DNA of 64,000 bases from Dehalococcoidia bacterium (lineage in GTDB: Bacteria > Chloroflexota > Dehalococcoidia > Plut-88900): the NCBI GenBank assembly GCA_965197645.1, contig OZ240219.1:1952001-2016000 (forward strand), in the 5' to 3' direction. The position numbers and the translations under genes are program-made. The notes under the pieces are model-generated. The model was not told the origin of the DNA and did no database searches. It worked only from the letters and a program-made list of their open reading frames with translations. This document shows, piece after piece, positions 60,601 to 64,000 of the stretch. Every line of letters starts with the position of its first letter. The stretch's first letter is position 1.

Positions 60601-63600
60601 CCCGTCGTCATCGGACCCTATGGACCAAGTGAGCGTGGTCGACGTGTCATCGTCCGACGCTGTAGCCCCGATAACCAAGGTCTCGTTCTCTTGCTTGTTG
60701 ACCGTAGTCTCGGTGTTCGTGATCTCCGGCGCCTCATTGACGTTGGTCAGGTCGATGGTCACGGCGATGGTGTCGTCGTTTGCGGTGTCGGCGTTGCCGA
60801 CCGCGTCCTTGCTGTCGCGCACGTTCACGGTCACGCTGTAGCTGTTCTTGGTGGCCTCGAAGTCGAAGGTGTGCGTGGACCCAGTCTTGACCTTGATCTG
60901 ACCGCTCGAGTCGATCTCGAAGCGAGCTGCGTCCGTGCCGCTCAGCGAGTAGGTCAGCGTGTCCGAGTCGCCGTCCGTGGCAGTGACAACACCTCCGACC
61001 ACATCAACGCCCGCTCCGCTGTTCTCTGGCAGCGTGCGGGTAGCTGTCGTGGCGCTGAAGGAAGGCTCGGCGTTGCTGGCCCCCACCGCGCTGCTCGACA
61101 CGGCGCTGGCGGTCTTGTTGGTCGCACTCTGAGGGTCCTTGTAGATCACCGTGGCCCGCAGGTATTTGCCCACGTCCGCGGCCACCGGCGTGTAGCTGGC
61201 GGAGGTGGCCCCGCTGATGTTGCTGAACGACCCGGTGGCCGTGTTCCCCCGCGCCCACCGCCACGATGGGCTGGAGACGGTCCCGTCGGGGTCGGTCACC
61301 GATGCGGTTGCCGCCGTACCCCCGGTGAAGGTGGCCGGCAGCGTCACCGTCCCGGCCTCGTCCTTGTTGTTGACGGAGATGGTGACGGCTATCGTGGCAT
61401 CGACGGTGGTGTCGGCGACGCCAATGGCGCTCTTGCCGTCGTGCACGGTCACGTTCACCGAGTAGCTGCTATCGGTCTCAAAGTCCAGGGAGGCGCTCGT
61501 CTTCAGCTGGCCGCTGGTCGTGTCGATGGTAAAGGATGACGCGTCCGTGCCGGTCAGCCCGTAGACCAGCGTATCGCTTTCGGGGTCGGTGGCCGCAACG
61601 GCAGCGCCGATGTTCGCGGCCGAGGCTGTGTTCTCGTCCACGCTGCGCGTCGTAGGCGCGGTGTCGGTGAAGGCCGGCGGGTTGTTGACCACCTCCAGCA
61701 GGTAGACGACGGTCTCCTGGCCGATGGTCCACTCGACGTCCCCTTCGACGGCTGCCCAGCTCACGAAGATTTGGCCCCCGGACACGGTAGTTACCTCGTC
61801 CGTCACAAGCCACTCGCGGCCCGTGTCGACGATCCACGCCTCCTCTTCGTCAGCGCCCGGGACCGGGCTCATGGCGAAAAGGAGGCCAGAGGACGGGAGA
61901 GGGCCAAAATCGATTTGGTCGATTGTGTAGGTGTCCGAACCGTAGGTGAACTTGAAGGGGCTGAGGAAACCATCATTGTTGGAGACGTTAACGCCGACCG
62001 CGCCGGCGCCGCGGTCCCCGGGCGTGAGCGTTCCCAGCCAGAGCAGCTTGCGGGTGGCGCCGGAGGCGACGACCTCGTGAGTCTCAGCGCTGGTCAGCGA
62101 CTCCGAGTAGCCTTCGTCGTCGGTGAACGTCACCGTGAGGCTGATGGCGTCTCCCACCTCGGATGCCGTGAGCGTGTAGGTCGATGAGGTCGCGCCCGAT
62201 ATGGCCGTGCCGCCGGCAAACCACTTGTAGGAGAGAGTGCCCACGCCGTCGGCGTCGGCGATGCCCGCGGTGTCCGCCGTCAGGACCTCGTCTTGCTGAA
62301 GCACGCCGCTGATGGAGGGCGCGCCAGTGGCCCGGTTGTTGAGGTCCTCCAGAAGGTAGACGACGGCCTCCGTGCCGATGCTCCAGCCGGGGTTCCCAAA
62401 GGTAGATAGCCATTCACTTCGTACGTTCGGAGTACCCAGGGTCGAGTCAATATGCTTCGCGTCGAACAGCGCGAATGCCCCGCCCGCGTCGATGATCCAC
62501 TTCACTCGTTCCTCAGCCCCCGGACCCGGCCTGACTACGATAGCGAGGCCAAAGCCAGCTTTATATTCGATCGTTTCGAACGCGTGGGTGGTCGAACCGT
62601 CGATGAACGACGTGGGGCTGAGGGAACCAGACATTGTGTCTACAAAGCCGATGTAGCTGAGACCGACGTCCGCGGGCGTCAGCGTTCCCACCCAGAGCAG
62701 CTTGCGGGTGGCGCCGGAGGCAACGACGTTGGGGGTCTCAGCGCTGGTCAGCGACTCCGCGTTGCTCGCGCCGTCGGTGAACGTCACCGTGAGGCTGATG
62801 GCGTCGCCCACCTCGGATGCCGTGAGGGTGTAGGTGGAGGAGGTCGCGCCCGATATGGCCGTGCCGTCGGCGAGCCACTGGTAGGCGAACGTGCCCAGAA
62901 CGTCGAGGTCGGCGATGCCCACGGTGTCCGCCGTCAGGACCTCGTCCTCCTCGAGCACGCCGCTGATGGAGGGCGCGCCGGTGGCCGGGTTGTTGACTGC
63001 GTAGCCCCTGACGGCCAGTTGGTGGTTAAAATTGGCGTTTTTAACCCACGCGGTCCCGGGGGTCACAACCACATAGCTGTCATCCCCGATTGTCCAGCCC
63101 GTCGCGCCGCCGGTGTCCTCGTTGTCGTCGGCAGTAACGTCCAAAGAGATAGTGGATGTTGCGGTGTTCGCCACCCGCTGAACCACCGCAACATAGGTCG
63201 TTTCCGCCGTAAGCGTTTCGCACGGGTCCGTGGTCGGCGCATCGAACTGTTGCACGCCGGAGCCGGAGAAGATCCCCGGGTCGGTCAGCGTGCACAGCAC
63301 AGCGTCCGGATTGCCGCTGCTGTCCACCCCGTTCAGCGTCACAGCCAGGTCGGTGCCTGCTGTCGAGATGCTGTTGATGCTGCCGAAGCTGAAGCCAATG
63401 GAGCTCAGCGTGTAGCCTGCGGGGTTGGCGCCGGTGGTGAACGCCTGGGCACGTATGGAGTTGCCACCGACGCCCATACCGTAGTCACCGCTGTCGGCCT
63501 GCCCCGTGTTCTTGATCAGGACGATCGCCGTCTGCGCCTCCGCCGGCGCCGTCCATAGGAGCGCGCCGACCATGGCCAGCGCCAGCGCCACAAGGGCCGC

Positions 63601-63648
63601 CTTCGCTGTGCGGAGGTCCACTCCTCTCACCAAGTTGGACAGGTTCAA
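54676..63648 (-). pseudogene. Giant cadherin-repeat adhesin (~2990 codons) interrupted by one in-frame TGA; C-terminal dockerin/EF-hand-like module
   Basis: ORFs 57598..63648 and 54676..57537 are in the same frame; a cadherin repeat reads LTYGIQS*LDAALFEIDPSTGQVRLAQALDFE across the stop; many LDFE/PDFE and DVNEAP motifs; ends RYDLNRNGTIEKDEVLAAVSDYF. Confidence 0.85.
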
Positions 63649-64000
63649 CTGTTCTCTCCAATTGCCCGGTCTGGTTGCCGGAGATCCCGCTTACCTCAGT
63701 GATTCTTCTTACGCACTGACCCATGAAAACCCTAGTGCCTCTTCAACGCTTTGGTAAGTGCCTAATCACACTCTTGAGACGGCAAAAGTGTTAGCTCTGA
63801 GAGAGAGCGTTTCTGCGACGTTTCGCTCTTGCCGGCATAAACGAAAGTCAGGCACGCGCCACCGGAACGTATCCGGTCCGGGGGAGGCCGCTGGTCTCGG
63901 CCATCCTCATATGCGGGCTTTTCTTTTTGCCAGTAGGACCGAGCGATTGACTTCCCGGTCTATCCGCCCGGCCCGGAGACGGTCAGCTCCAGCCGAGTGG

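Overview
GC-rich bacterial window. The gene repertoire (lipoproteins, cadherin, FN3, ankyrin, RCC1 and LRR surface proteins, GAAC-N4-GTTC-like boxes) suggests a Chloroflexota (Dehalococcoidia/SAR202-like) host-associated organism; this is inference only. (1) 1-18.9 kb is part of an ICE/plasmid-like element: a TrbL/VirB6-like gene at the left edge, then a long + strand operon with primase, Rad52-family annealase, Cas4-like nuclease, SSB, RadC, DNA methyltransferase, SNF2-like helicase and a PRTRC-type ubiquitin-like module (Ubl, E2, JAB, E1). (2) 19-29.5 kb holds secreted surface proteins, including one carrying a PEP-synthase/PPDK ATP-grasp domain and a run of genes ending in GGL-stop. (3) 29.5-46.6 kb holds six lipoproteins sharing a near-identical RBS, signal peptide and stalk fused to different payloads (RCC1 propellers with hypervariable loops, ankyrin, peptidase/LRR). 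They form two divergent arms around a NarL-type two-component system, each arm with an inverted copy of the same operator-rich promoter. (4) 46.9-53 kb holds a heme-oxygenase-like diiron/enolase fusion with a GH3 amide ligase, and a Pycsar anti-phage system. (5) 54-63.6 kb holds a ~2990-codon cadherin adhesin broken by one in-frame TGA inside a near-perfect palindrome. It ends in a dockerin-like module and is followed by a membrane-anchored cohesin-like gene. No rRNA, intact tRNA, CRISPR array or integrase was recognised. All family calls come from motif recognition by eye, not from database searches.
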